Assembly (NCBI GenBank): GCA_039812885.1
Contig: JBDIBI010000015.1
Span: forward strand, 62,878 to 126,877
From: Blastocatellia bacterium
GTDB lineage: Bacteria; Acidobacteriota; Blastocatellia; Chloracidobacteriales; JADJPF01
Direction: 5' to 3'
Length of the DNA: 64,000 nt
The notes under the pieces were generated by a model. It searched no databases. It worked only from the letters and a program-made list of their open reading frames with translations, and was not told the DNA's origin. Position 1 is the first letter of the stretch. Every line of letters begins with the position of its first letter. Made by a program: the position numbers and the translations under genes. Shown in pieces: positions 1 through 9,485 of this stretch.

Positions 1-722
1 TAATATCCAACTAATGCACTTACATAATAAATAGCTGTAGGAGTATATCCACAATAAAATTGTAAAGCTAACGCTATACCTGCACCAATTGCAGGTAGCA
101 TTTTATGTTTATATAATGCTTTATCTGCACCTAACAACATCAATGGTAGCCACATCAACCCACCTAACCAACCTAACCACACTAAATGTTGCATTACATG
201 ATCAGATAACAAAAAAACTATGCTACCTATAAGTGCACCAGCAGGATTTAGTCGTAAATTAATTAAAAAGATATATAAAAAAATGCAAGCTAAGGCCAAT
301 TCTATAAGTCTAGCTAAGCTATACCCAAGAGGAACATTAAAAACTAAGTAAAGCAAATTAGTTGGAGCAAACAATTTTGTTACTCCATCAGCATAAATGG
401 GATGTCCTCCAAGAATATATGGATTCCAAAGAGGAAGTTCCCCTTTACGATAGCTCTCTACCAAAAAATAATCCCTTGTTACATAAGTATCTGTAACATC
501 ACGCCTACTATAAGAGTAATCATCATAAGTTGATACATTTGCACCCCAAGGTAATTGGTTTGAATGTGCAGCTAAATCAATTAAAGTTTCACCCAAAAAG
601 AAAACACGCCAAAATAGTGCAACAATAATTAATAACAACACCAAAATAGAAAGTAGGTGTACTTTTAGAGGTTGAGACTCCTTACTAGTAAATCTATCTA
701 AGAAAGAAATATTATGTTCCAT
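1..722 (-). CDS. Polytopic integral membrane protein, N-terminal ~240 aa only (gene continues past the window start); function unknown, possibly a glycosyltransferase/YfhO-like membrane enzyme
   Basis: Hand translation of the minus strand from ATG at 722-720 gives MEHNISFLDRFTSKESQPLKVHLLSILVLLLIIVALFW... with several hydrophobic helices and a 'LPLWNPYILGGHPIYADG' loop. No stop codon occurs before coordinate 1. Not in the ORF track because it is truncated. Confidence 0.45.
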   Translation of the reverse strand, partial: MEHNISFLDRFTSKESQPLKVHLLSILVLLLIIVALFWRVFFLGETLIDLAAHSNQLPWGANVSTYDDYSYSRRDVTDTYVTRDYFLVESYRKGELPLWNPYILGGHPIYADGVTKLFAPTNLLYLVFNVPLGYSLARLIELALACIFLYIFLINLRLNPAGALIGSIVFLLSDHVMQHLVWLGWLGGLMWLPLMLLGADKALYKHKMLPAIGAGIALALQFYCGYTPTAIYYVSALVGY

Positions 723-923
723 CATAAAATATACAAAATAGCTAAGAATATTTATTCTGATTTAATGCTTAAGAGAAATATGGAATAATCTATAAAAAAC
801 CACCAAAACTATCTTTGCTAACAATGAAATGTATGAAATAATTACACCTAAACATTCAAACAATCCACGCATAGTATTAACAACATATAAGCTTAAAATT
901 CATATCTAGAAAGGATAGGTAAC

Positions 924-1997
924 GTGAAAAAATTCATCTTATCTACATTACTTGGGCTTTTCCTATTATTAACATTAGGATTTGCAAGCATAGTAAACGC
1001 ACAAGCCCCACAATTTAAAATTAATTTTACTGTTCAAGTTCGCCCAGATGTTTCTGTTGATATGGGTGCTATTGTAGTAGTTAACCCAAATAAACCTAAA
1101 AAAGGTTCAACTATTTTGGTTTTAAACGGAACAGGTCAAAATTCAAACACTTTTATTCCACTTTCCCAACAATTGTTTGCGGATAATGTAACCACTAAGC
1201 TAGTGGCAAGAACAATTTTGTTAAATTATCCAGGACATGCCAATAGCAGTTTACCGATTTCAACGACTGGTGTTAAATTCGGAGACTTAAGCTTAAGGGA
1301 TTATACTACAGCTTTAATTGAGTCATTAAGAAAGCTTAACGATATAGGAATGGCTCCAGATGTTGTTATGGGACATAGCTTAGGATCAGAAATGTTTCAT
1401 TTGGCACAAGAAAGACTTATGAGCCAAAAAAGCAGCCTTAGAAAAGAATTTAATATTAAAACAGCTGTTTTCCTTGTTCCAGATATTGTTGGTCCTCTAC
1501 CTTGGGCTTTTACTGACAGTGGAACAGGTGCAGCAGTTCGCAATATGTTAAGAGTAAATGATCCAGTACAAGGCGATGTAATAGTTTTTCCTCCTGCAGT
1601 TTGGCTTGGATTTTTCTACACCGATTTAATGGGTAAGTTTGTGCCTCAAACTCCTACTCCAGATCAAGTAGTAGCAGCTGGATTTATTTCTACTGAATCT
1701 TCAACAATGACAGGAGAATTTTTAGATGCTCCTCCATTTAAGCGTTCCACTGTAACTAAAGGTATTTTCTCTAGCTCTTCAGGAACAACTACTGGTTTGG
1801 TTACTTTAGAACAAGATGGTATTTACACAACAAAAGAACACCAAGATCTTTACACCTATTTAACTCAAGATAATGCTAATAAGCTTTTCTTTGTATTAAA
1901 AGGACCTCAAACAGTCCATAATTTGCACGTTTTCAGCCCTGCTACTTTAATTGACCCAATCAAACAAATTTTAATGGCTGGAAGAAAAGCTAAATAA
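924..1997 (+). CDS. Secreted alpha/beta-hydrolase (lipase/esterase-like)
   Basis: N-terminal signal peptide (MKKFILSTLLGLFLLLTLGFASIVNAQAP). GHSLG nucleophile-elbow motif (GxSxG) in 'VVMGHSLGSEMFHLAQ'. 357 aa. Confidence 0.6.
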   Translation: MKKFILSTLLGLFLLLTLGFASIVNAQAPQFKINFTVQVRPDVSVDMGAIVVVNPNKPKKGSTILVLNGTGQNSNTFIPLSQQLFADNVTTKLVARTILLNYPGHANSSLPISTTGVKFGDLSLRDYTTALIESLRKLNDIGMAPDVVMGHSLGSEMFHLAQERLMSQKSSLRKEFNIKTAVFLVPDIVGPLPWAFTDSGTGAAVRNMLRVNDPVQGDVIVFPPAVWLGFFYTDLMGKFVPQTPTPDQVVAAGFISTESSTMTGEFLDAPPFKRSTVTKGIFSSSSGTTTGLVTLEQDGIYTTKEHQDLYTYLTQDNANKLFFVLKGPQTVHNLHVFSPATLIDPIKQILMAGRKAK

Positions 1998-2043
1998 GTC
2001 ATTTTCTAGATTAAATTTAAAGCTTTACTAAACTACAAAAATA

Positions 2044-2073
2044 TAAAGCCTGCATTTAACTATGCAGGCTTTA
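2044..2073. terminator. Bidirectional rho-independent terminator between the convergent esterase and TPR genes
   Basis: Perfect 12-bp inverted repeat taaagcctgcat / atgcaggcttta (2044-2055 / 2062-2073) with a 6-nt loop, followed by tatattttt. Confidence 0.5.
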
Positions 2074-2099
2074 TATTTTTATACATATCACCCTAATGA

Positions 2100-5000
2100 T
2101 TATTTATTAGGCGGTTGTTCTGTATCCTCTTCTTCCTCATCAACAACTCTACGTTTAGTTATGGCGTTTGGAGTATCATCAGAATCACCATCAAAAAGTT
2201 GAGGAGCAGCCTGTCTCAAACCTTGTTCTAATTCATCATCTATATCTTGTCCATCTGTTGGAGAAGGAGGTTGAGCTTGTTCTTGAGATTGTGCTGAGCG
2301 TTGGCGCAAAGCTATAGAGTATTGTTCATTAGCTCCAGTTAAATCTCCTTTTCTATAAAGGGCACGGCCTAAATCTTGATGTGCTTCATGGAAATTACCA
2401 TGTCGTTGTTCTATTGCATGTTTATAAGCATTTATGGCAGAGTTGACATCTCCTGTTCTAGAATAAGCTAAACCTAAGTTGTAATAAGCTTCTGGAAAAA
2501 CTCCTTGCCGTTGTTCTATTGCAGTATAGAAACAGCTTATTGCTTCATCCAAGGAAATTTCTCTAGCTAGCAGTCTTCCTAATTGAAAATAAGCTTCTGG
2601 AAACCCAGAGTTTTGTTGTTCTATTGCAGTACGAAATTCTTGTATAGCTTCTGGATATCTACCTACTGCATTAAGTGCTAAGCCCAAATTGTAGTGAGCT
2701 TTAGGAAAGTGGCCTTTCCTTTGTTCTATAGCTGAATGATACTCTGTAATTGCTTGCTCAGCTTGCCCACGGTCAAATAAAACTCGACCTAGATCATTAT
2801 GAGCTTCTGCAAACTCACCCTTACGTTGTTCTACAGCAACTTTAAACTCTGTCATTGCTGAATCAATTTCGCCTCGTTCATAAAGTGCAAGTCCTAGATT
2901 ACGGTGAGTTTCTGGATCGCTACTATTTATCTTAAGTGCTTGGCGGAAAGCATCTATAGCTTCATCTAACTGACCTTTTCCATAATAAACTAACCCTAAA
3001 TCATAATATGCGTCTGGATTAGTGTCACCTTGTTTAATAGCCATTTGGTAGTAGCTTCTTGCTGCTTCTAGAGCACCTTTACGAGCTAAAGCATTTCCTA
3101 AATTGCGATGTGCATCTGGAAAGTAGGGTTGTTGTTCAATTGCAGTGCGATATTGTTGCAAAGCTGCATCAATATTACCTTCTGCATAAAAAGCATTCCC
3201 TAGATTGTAATGTGTCATTGGGCAACGGCCTTGAGATTGTTCTATTGCCACAGTAAAAGCATTGATAGAATCTTTTACTTTTCCTAGCTCAAACAGTATT
3301 GTCCCTAAATTATGGTAAGCAGTTGAAAAGTTTCCTGGCTGTTGTTTTACAGCAGTTTGTAATTGGACAACAGCTTCTTCAATACGTCCTGTTTCAGCTA
3401 ATGCTAAACCTAAAGCGTGGTGAGCTTGTGGAAACTCATCACATTGTTTTAATGCCTGTTGATAACAATCAATGGCACCATTTATATCCCCAATATCATA
3501 AAGTGTTCTACCTAAATCGTGGTAAGCTTCTGGGAAATTGTTTTTTGCTGTAAGAGCTTGACGGTAGAAGGAAATAGCTTGTTTAACATCTCCAGAATCA
3601 GCTAATGCTCGACCTAATCCATGTAGCGCTTCTGGTAGATTACCTAATTGTTGTAAAGCTGTTCTATAAGTAGTTATAGCAGAACCAAGATCTCCTTTAT
3701 CATAGAAAGCTCTTCCTAAATCACAATGAGCTTCTGGGAAGTTTTGTTGTAAGCGTACAGCTTGTTGAAGTTCACTAATAGAATTATCTAGCTGCCCTAA
3801 TTCGTATAAGACTCGACCAAGCCTATAATGTGTCCAAGGTAAATTGGGATTTTGTTTAATGGAAGTGCGGAATTCTGTGACAGCTGTTTCTAAATCTCCA
3901 GCACGATGTAGAGCTAAACCTAAACTATAATAAGCAGAAGGAAACATTGGTTGTTGTTCAATTGCACAACGAAAAACCTTTTCTGCTTCTTGATATTTTT
4001 CCTGTTGCATCAACACCAAGCCAAGGCTGTAGTGTGCTTCTGGGTAAATTCCATTTTGTTGTCTAATTGCAGTGCTATAAGCTTCAATAGCATTATCTAG
4101 TTCATTCTGAGCATTAAAAGCTGTACCTAAACTATAGTAAGATTCTGAGTAAAGTCCATCTGGACGTTGTTCTATAGCACGTTTATAAGAATTTACTGCA
4201 TCAGGTAAATTACCCTGGGAATAGTAAGCAAGTCCAAGATCATGATAGGCTTCTGCATAATCACCTTTTCTTTGTTCAATAGCTGTAATAAAGGCTTTAA
4301 CAGCTTCTTCTAGTTGTCCACTAGCATAAAGTGCACGTCCCAAATTGCGATAAGCTTTTGCATAAACAGCTTGGCAAGAGATTGCAGCTCGAAAAGCTTC
4401 TAAAGATTCTTTAAGTTGACCAGCATCAAATAAAGCTAAACCTAAGTTATGATGGGCTTTAGCAAAGTTACCATTCCTAAGTTGAATAGCAGTACGAAAT
4501 GAAGCAACAGCTTCTTCTAGTCTACCTTGTTGATAAAGAACTGTTCCAAGTTCATTGTGGGCATCAGGAAAATTGTGTTGTTGTTTTACAGCAGCTTGAA
4601 AAGACTCTACAGCAGAATCTAATTCATTTCCAACTACATAAGTACGACCTAATTCATAATATGCCTCAGAAAAATTCCCACCTCGTTGTTCTATTGCAGT
4701 GTGAAAAGCATCAGCAGCCTCGGTTAAATCACCTCGACTATAAAGCGCTCTACCTAGTTCTAGATAAGCACGTGGATAACGTTCACTTTGGTTAATAGCA
4801 ACTCTATAACATTCAATAGCTAAATCTAATTCTCCTTTAGCAAAATAAGCATCTCCCAAATTATGGTATGCCCAAGGGAATTTTTCTTCACTTTGTTCTA
4901 TAGCAGTTCGCAATGTGGCAATAGCTTCATCTATTGAACCTTTGCGAAGCAATGCACGGCCTAGAGTATGATGGCCTTCTGGATTTTGAGGCTGTAACTG

Positions 5001-5738
5001 TAAACTAACACTTAATTCTTCAATTGCATCATCAATATGACCTGCTGAAAACAGAGCTTTACCTAACTCTGCATGAGCATCAGGAAATGGGCTAGTACGT
5101 TGTTCTATGGCAGTTCGCAGATATTTGATAGCTTCATCAGTATTACCTAACTGAAAGACAGTTTTTCCAAGCTCATAGTAACTTTCAGGATTAGCTCCTC
5201 GACGTTGGTCAATTGCTTGGTGAAAAGCTTCTACAGCAGCTTGTAAATCACCTTTGCGAGCTAGTGCTAAACCTAAATTATGATAAGCCTTAGGGAAATC
5301 TCCTTGACGTTGTTCTATTGCTTTACGATGCGCAACTATAGCTCCATCTAAATCACCTGTGCGCATTAAAGCAAGCCCAAGATTATGATAAGCCCAAGGA
5401 TTTACACCTTCACGTTGTTCAATGGCTGTTTTATAAGCATTGATTGCATCATTAAGTATTCCTTTGCGAGCTAGTGCTAAACCCAAGTGATAGTAACTAT
5501 CTGGATTGTTAGATTGCTGCTCTACAGAAGTGCGATATGCACTAATAGCACTTTCTAGATCCCCTGTATCAGAGAGTACTCGCCCAAGGTTAAAATAAGC
5601 TTTAGCAAATTGACCATTACGTAATTCTATGGCCTTACGATATGACTCAACTGCTTCAATAAATTCTCCACGATTATAATGCCCTAAACCCTTTTCTAAA
5701 TATCTCTGTGCAGTGTTAGCTGTTACATCATTTTTCAC
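2100..5738 (-). CDS. Giant tetratricopeptide-repeat (TPR) protein, about 33 tandem 34-aa repeats with an acidic/Gln-rich C-terminal tail
   Basis: The 1212-aa product is almost entirely 34-residue units of the form 'AYxNLGxAL...GdldeAIxxYxtAIEQ'. Tail: SAQSQEQAQPPSPTDGQDIDDELEQ...DEEEEDTEQPPNK. Confidence 0.85.
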   Translation of the reverse strand: MKNDVTANTAQRYLEKGLGHYNRGEFIEAVESYRKAIELRNGQFAKAYFNLGRVLSDTGDLESAISAYRTSVEQQSNNPDSYYHLGLALARKGILNDAINAYKTAIEQREGVNPWAYHNLGLALMRTGDLDGAIVAHRKAIEQRQGDFPKAYHNLGLALARKGDLQAAVEAFHQAIDQRRGANPESYYELGKTVFQLGNTDEAIKYLRTAIEQRTSPFPDAHAELGKALFSAGHIDDAIEELSVSLQLQPQNPEGHHTLGRALLRKGSIDEAIATLRTAIEQSEEKFPWAYHNLGDAYFAKGELDLAIECYRVAINQSERYPRAYLELGRALYSRGDLTEAADAFHTAIEQRGGNFSEAYYELGRTYVVGNELDSAVESFQAAVKQQHNFPDAHNELGTVLYQQGRLEEAVASFRTAIQLRNGNFAKAHHNLGLALFDAGQLKESLEAFRAAISCQAVYAKAYRNLGRALYASGQLEEAVKAFITAIEQRKGDYAEAYHDLGLAYYSQGNLPDAVNSYKRAIEQRPDGLYSESYYSLGTAFNAQNELDNAIEAYSTAIRQQNGIYPEAHYSLGLVLMQQEKYQEAEKVFRCAIEQQPMFPSAYYSLGLALHRAGDLETAVTEFRTSIKQNPNLPWTHYRLGRVLYELGQLDNSISELQQAVRLQQNFPEAHCDLGRAFYDKGDLGSAITTYRTALQQLGNLPEALHGLGRALADSGDVKQAISFYRQALTAKNNFPEAYHDLGRTLYDIGDINGAIDCYQQALKQCDEFPQAHHALGLALAETGRIEEAVVQLQTAVKQQPGNFSTAYHNLGTILFELGKVKDSINAFTVAIEQSQGRCPMTHYNLGNAFYAEGNIDAALQQYRTAIEQQPYFPDAHRNLGNALARKGALEAARSYYQMAIKQGDTNPDAYYDLGLVYYGKGQLDEAIDAFRQALKINSSDPETHRNLGLALYERGEIDSAMTEFKVAVEQRKGEFAEAHNDLGRVLFDRGQAEQAITEYHSAIEQRKGHFPKAHYNLGLALNAVGRYPEAIQEFRTAIEQQNSGFPEAYFQLGRLLAREISLDEAISCFYTAIEQRQGVFPEAYYNLGLAYSRTGDVNSAINAYKHAIEQRHGNFHEAHQDLGRALYRKGDLTGANEQYSIALRQRSAQSQEQAQPPSPTDGQDIDDELEQGLRQAAPQLFDGDSDDTPNAITKRRVVDEEEEDTEQPPNK

Positions 5739-5815
5739 AGTTTTACCTCAATGTTTTGATAAGTTACTAGAAACGTTCCCTTACATTATCCGCCAAAATA
5801 GGAAAAAATAACAAC

Positions 5816-6535
5816 CTAATAATTATTAGAAACCCAACCAATTTTCACTAAATAACTGTACCCTACAGCCATATTAGGAAGTAACCATTTGGGAATAAAA
5901 TTGGCATATAAAGCGCTTAACAAGCCATGTGTTAGCGCTATTGGGTAAAGATTTGGAGCTTGCTGAAAACTATATGCCCATACAAAACCAGCTACTAAAG
6001 TTCCAAAAGCCAAAGCCAAGTTAGGCAAATGTACTAACGCAAAAATTATAGCCGTTATGCTAATGCTTAACCAGCCTGCCCCAAAAACTATTTGTAATCG
6101 GCGATTTATAAAACTTTGTAACAAATATTGTTGTAATAAAGCCCAAAAAGGTATGCCTAGAAATTGTACTAGTATTTTATAACTAATATGAAATGTACCT
6201 AATACTAATGAAAGGCATACAATAATTAAAGTTAATATTGAAACTGGCAAAGCCAACACTTTTAAAGCATTCAAAAAATTGTCTTGTCCTAGTCCAAGTT
6301 CTTTTAGTTCTTCGTTATGAGTTAAATGAGAAAAAAAAGTCAGTCCAAAAATAGAAGTAAGGAAAATCAAGTTAACATAAGTACGTAATTCCTGACTAAA
6401 ATTTTTAGCAAGAGGAACAGCCCAAGCCATTAAAAAGAATAAAAAGACCATTATTAGCACTTCTGTAGCAGCTGAAAACTGTTCTGTTTTGCTAGTTTGT
6501 CCAATAATGATTTTTTTCTTATATAAACAACTCAT
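5816..6535 (-). CDS. Integral membrane protein, possibly a degenerate CPBP (CAAX protease/Abi-like) family member
   Basis: 239 aa with about 6 predicted TM helices. Carries an 'FALVH' (FxxxH-like) motif and a late 'THGLL' His, but no clean EExxxR motif. Confidence 0.35.
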   Translation of the reverse strand: MSCLYKKKIIIGQTSKTEQFSAATEVLIMVFLFFLMAWAVPLAKNFSQELRTYVNLIFLTSIFGLTFFSHLTHNEELKELGLGQDNFLNALKVLALPVSILTLIIVCLSLVLGTFHISYKILVQFLGIPFWALLQQYLLQSFINRRLQIVFGAGWLSISITAIIFALVHLPNLALAFGTLVAGFVWAYSFQQAPNLYPIALTHGLLSALYANFIPKWLLPNMAVGYSYLVKIGWVSNNY

Positions 6536-6580
6536 TTTATACCATTACTTGTTTAGTTCTACAGCTAAATTAATTTAACT

Positions 6581-8218
6581 TTATTTTTTCCAACGATCTA
6601 GCATAAGACGATCATCCAAATTTGCTACTCTCCAAGCAGTAGCGTAAATTAATCTAGAAATTCTAGATAACTTCTCAAAATCTATCTTTTCTACCGTGTC
6701 TGTTGGACGGTGATAATCAGTATGTAAACCAGTAAAGTAAAAAATTATAGGAATACCTTTACGAGCATAATTATAATGATCGCTACGGTAAAATAACCTG
6801 CTAGGGTGCTTTTCGTCATTATAAGTATAATTTAGATGTAAAGATGTTATTTCTGTATTAGTTTGTTCACTCAGTTTATGTAATTGAGTACTATGTTTAT
6901 CCGACCCAATTAAATAAACAGTATCTTTATCTGAAAGTTCACGGTCTATAAGAGAAGGATTTTTGTCAGTACGGCTACGACCAATCATATCTGCATTTAA
7001 GTCGACTACTATAGAATCTAGAGGAACTAAAGGTTCAACTTCAGTAAAGTATTTTGAACCATAAAGACCTATTTCTTCTCCTGTATGAAAAACAACTAAA
7101 ATAGAGCGTTTAGGAGTTGGGCCTGTAGCTAAAACATGTGCAATAGTCAAAATGGCTGAAGTGCCAGAACCATCATCATCTGCACCACAATAAACATTTT
7201 TTCCTTCTGTTTTTAAATGGTCATAATGAGCACTTAGCATTGTATATTCTTTTTTTAGTTTTGGATCACTTCCTTCATAAATACCTACAACATTTTGAGT
7301 TTGTCTATAAGTTTTTTCTGTAGATATATTTAAGTCTAATGTTATAGGTAATTGAGTAGGTATATGAGTTTTTCCTGTTTGATCTATTTCAAAAAAAGTT
7401 TCTAAGCTCATATTTGCAGAATTTAACAACACTTTTGCCATTTTAGGGCTAATCTCTAAAGTAGGAGGGTTAAAGACAGGTAGCCCCGTTCTAGAGTCAC
7501 TTGGTTTTGTTTTTTCCATTTCAAAAAGCTCTTCATCATCAACATAATAATCTGACCAATTTGGTTCTACATCATCTTCAGGCATCTTTAGCACAGCTTT
7601 TGCCCCATGAGCATAAGCTGCATTTGCTCCATATTGATCATAATTAATACGTCTAGCAAAACTCTTAGGTAGATTTGAGCTAATCAAGACAATTTTATTT
7701 TTAACATCAACTTTAGCAAAATCATCTTCTTCCCCAGGAACAGAAATTCCATAGCCAACGAAAACTACTGAAGAAGTTACGGTTAAAGGGCTAGCAAAAG
7801 CAGTAAAAAAGTCTTTTCCAAAAGTAAAAGTTTCTGATGGTGTATTAGAACTATTAGTAGTATTAATATAAGATTTCTTAGGGTCTACTAAATTTGCAAC
7901 AAAATCAATTTGTTGAAAAAAACTTCCATCTGAAGCTGCTCCATGATAGCCAAAGGATTCTAGCTGGCTAGCTAAATAACGAGCAGCAATACGGTTGCCA
8001 GAACTAAAAGTATATCGACCACCTAATTCTTGAGAGGCTAAAAAAGAAAGATGCATTTTTAACTCTTTTTGAGTAATAGCGGACAAAGAAGTAGCTGGTA
8101 CACTAGGTAAACTACGACTACTCGCACTAACATTCACGAATAAAAGCTCTAGAACTACTAGTAAAACAACTATTTGTTTGGATAACTTTTTCATAAAATT
8201 GAATACCTTGATTATCAA
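6581..8218 (-). CDS. Secreted M28-family zinc aminopeptidase
   Basis: Signal peptide. M28 metal-ligand motifs 'SAHYDH', 'GADDDGSGTSAIL', 'HTGEEIGLYGS', 'DLNADMIG', 'HTDYHRPTD'. Confidence 0.8.
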   Translation of the reverse strand: MIIKVFNFMKKLSKQIVVLLVVLELLFVNVSASSRSLPSVPATSLSAITQKELKMHLSFLASQELGGRYTFSSGNRIAARYLASQLESFGYHGAASDGSFFQQIDFVANLVDPKKSYINTTNSSNTPSETFTFGKDFFTAFASPLTVTSSVVFVGYGISVPGEEDDFAKVDVKNKIVLISSNLPKSFARRINYDQYGANAAYAHGAKAVLKMPEDDVEPNWSDYYVDDEELFEMEKTKPSDSRTGLPVFNPPTLEISPKMAKVLLNSANMSLETFFEIDQTGKTHIPTQLPITLDLNISTEKTYRQTQNVVGIYEGSDPKLKKEYTMLSAHYDHLKTEGKNVYCGADDDGSGTSAILTIAHVLATGPTPKRSILVVFHTGEEIGLYGSKYFTEVEPLVPLDSIVVDLNADMIGRSRTDKNPSLIDRELSDKDTVYLIGSDKHSTQLHKLSEQTNTEITSLHLNYTYNDEKHPSRLFYRSDHYNYARKGIPIIFYFTGLHTDYHRPTDTVEKIDFEKLSRISRLIYATAWRVANLDDRLMLDRWKK

Positions 8219-8490
8219 AGGTGTTAAAATTATTTGTTTTATAGATAATAGCTTAATTACATCAAAATCATATAGTTTTTAACACTAACACACGATTTTT
8301 CTTAAAATTAAATCAAATAAAATTTAAATAACTTTGGTAGTGCTTTTGTGAGAGCCTTGCACTGTTGCATATCTTTTTTAGTTTGTTTTGTCTATTATGT
8401 TAGTCTATATAAGATAAAACTATTAGATTTTAAGGTAAAAACCTTATCTAATCAAAAAGTTTCTTTTAGAAACTACCTAAATATTTACTA

Positions 8491-9273
8491 TTGAGGAATA
8501 ATACTGTGTTAATGCAAGGTAAGAAAGGTATAATAGTAGGTGTTGCCAACAGACGTTCTATTGCTTGGGCAATAGCTCAGCGTGTAGCAGAACAAGGAGC
8601 ACAATTAGCTTTAACTTATCAGAATGAGCGTTTTGGAGAAAATGTTAAAGATTTAGCTAAAGGACTAGAGAATCCTTTATTAGTACCATTAGATGTTACA
8701 GATGATGAACAAATTGAAATTGCTTTTAGGCAAATAAAAGAACAATGGGGAAAAATAGATTTTTTAGTGCATGCAGTTGCATTTGCCCTTAAACAAGAGT
8801 TAGAAGGAGATTTTATAGTAACTTCTCGCGAAGGTTATAGAATTGCTCAAGATATTAGCTCTTATTCTTTGACAGCATTAACTAGAGCTGCACGCCCATT
8901 GATGTCAGAAAATGGTGGTTCAATTCTAGCACTTTCTTATTTAGGTGGAGAAAAAGTTGTTCCCCATTACAATGTTATGGGAGTAGCAAAAGCTGCACTA
9001 GAAGCTAGTGTGCGTTATCTATCATATGATCTAGGGGCTGAATGTATTAGAGTTAATGCTCTTTCTGCAGGACCTATTAAAACTTTGGCTGCTGCCGGAA
9101 TTTCTGGTTTTTCTCATATGTTAGAGTTTCACCGCCAAAAAGCACCTCTTAAGAAAAATACTGAATTAAGTGAAGTAGCAGACGCAGCTCTTTTTCTACT
9201 TAGTCCACTTTCTAGAGGTATAACAGGACAAGTCCTTTATGTGGACGGTGGTTATAGCATAATGGGAATGTAA
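8491..9273 (+). CDS. fabI: Enoyl-[acyl-carrier-protein] reductase (NADH), FabI
   Basis: 'MQGKKGIIVGVANRRSIAWAIAQ' is the FabI N-terminal Rossmann motif. 'SYLGGEKVVPHYNVMGVAKAALEA' is the catalytic Tyr/Lys region. The true start is probably GTG 8506 or ATG 8512 (GAGGA at 8493); the track uses TTG 8491. Confidence 0.9.
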   Translation: MRNNTVLMQGKKGIIVGVANRRSIAWAIAQRVAEQGAQLALTYQNERFGENVKDLAKGLENPLLVPLDVTDDEQIEIAFRQIKEQWGKIDFLVHAVAFALKQELEGDFIVTSREGYRIAQDISSYSLTALTRAARPLMSENGGSILALSYLGGEKVVPHYNVMGVAKAALEASVRYLSYDLGAECIRVNALSAGPIKTLAAAGISGFSHMLEFHRQKAPLKKNTELSEVADAALFLLSPLSRGITGQVLYVDGGYSIMGM

Positions 9274-9485
9274 TAACACATAGTAAGAATACTAGTATTA
9301 ATTCGCCTAGTTTATTTTTACCGTGTAATATATACTATATTATTTCAAACTGGAAAAGTTTTTCCTTTAGCAAGCATTTTTGAGTTATTATTTCCCCTAT
9401 TTAACAAAATCCACGTTTTGCTAAAAATCAAAAGAAGCTTTATATTTTAGCTATCTATTTTACCTAGGGAGATTGCTTAGGCTGT

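Noticed and set aside
3059-4795. Three plus-strand ORFs (3059-3256, 3299-3553, 4499-4795) from the six-frame track
   Set aside because: They lie entirely inside, and antisense to, the 1212-aa TPR gene. Their translations are low-complexity Leu/Gln-rich mirror images of the TPR codons, so they are spurious.
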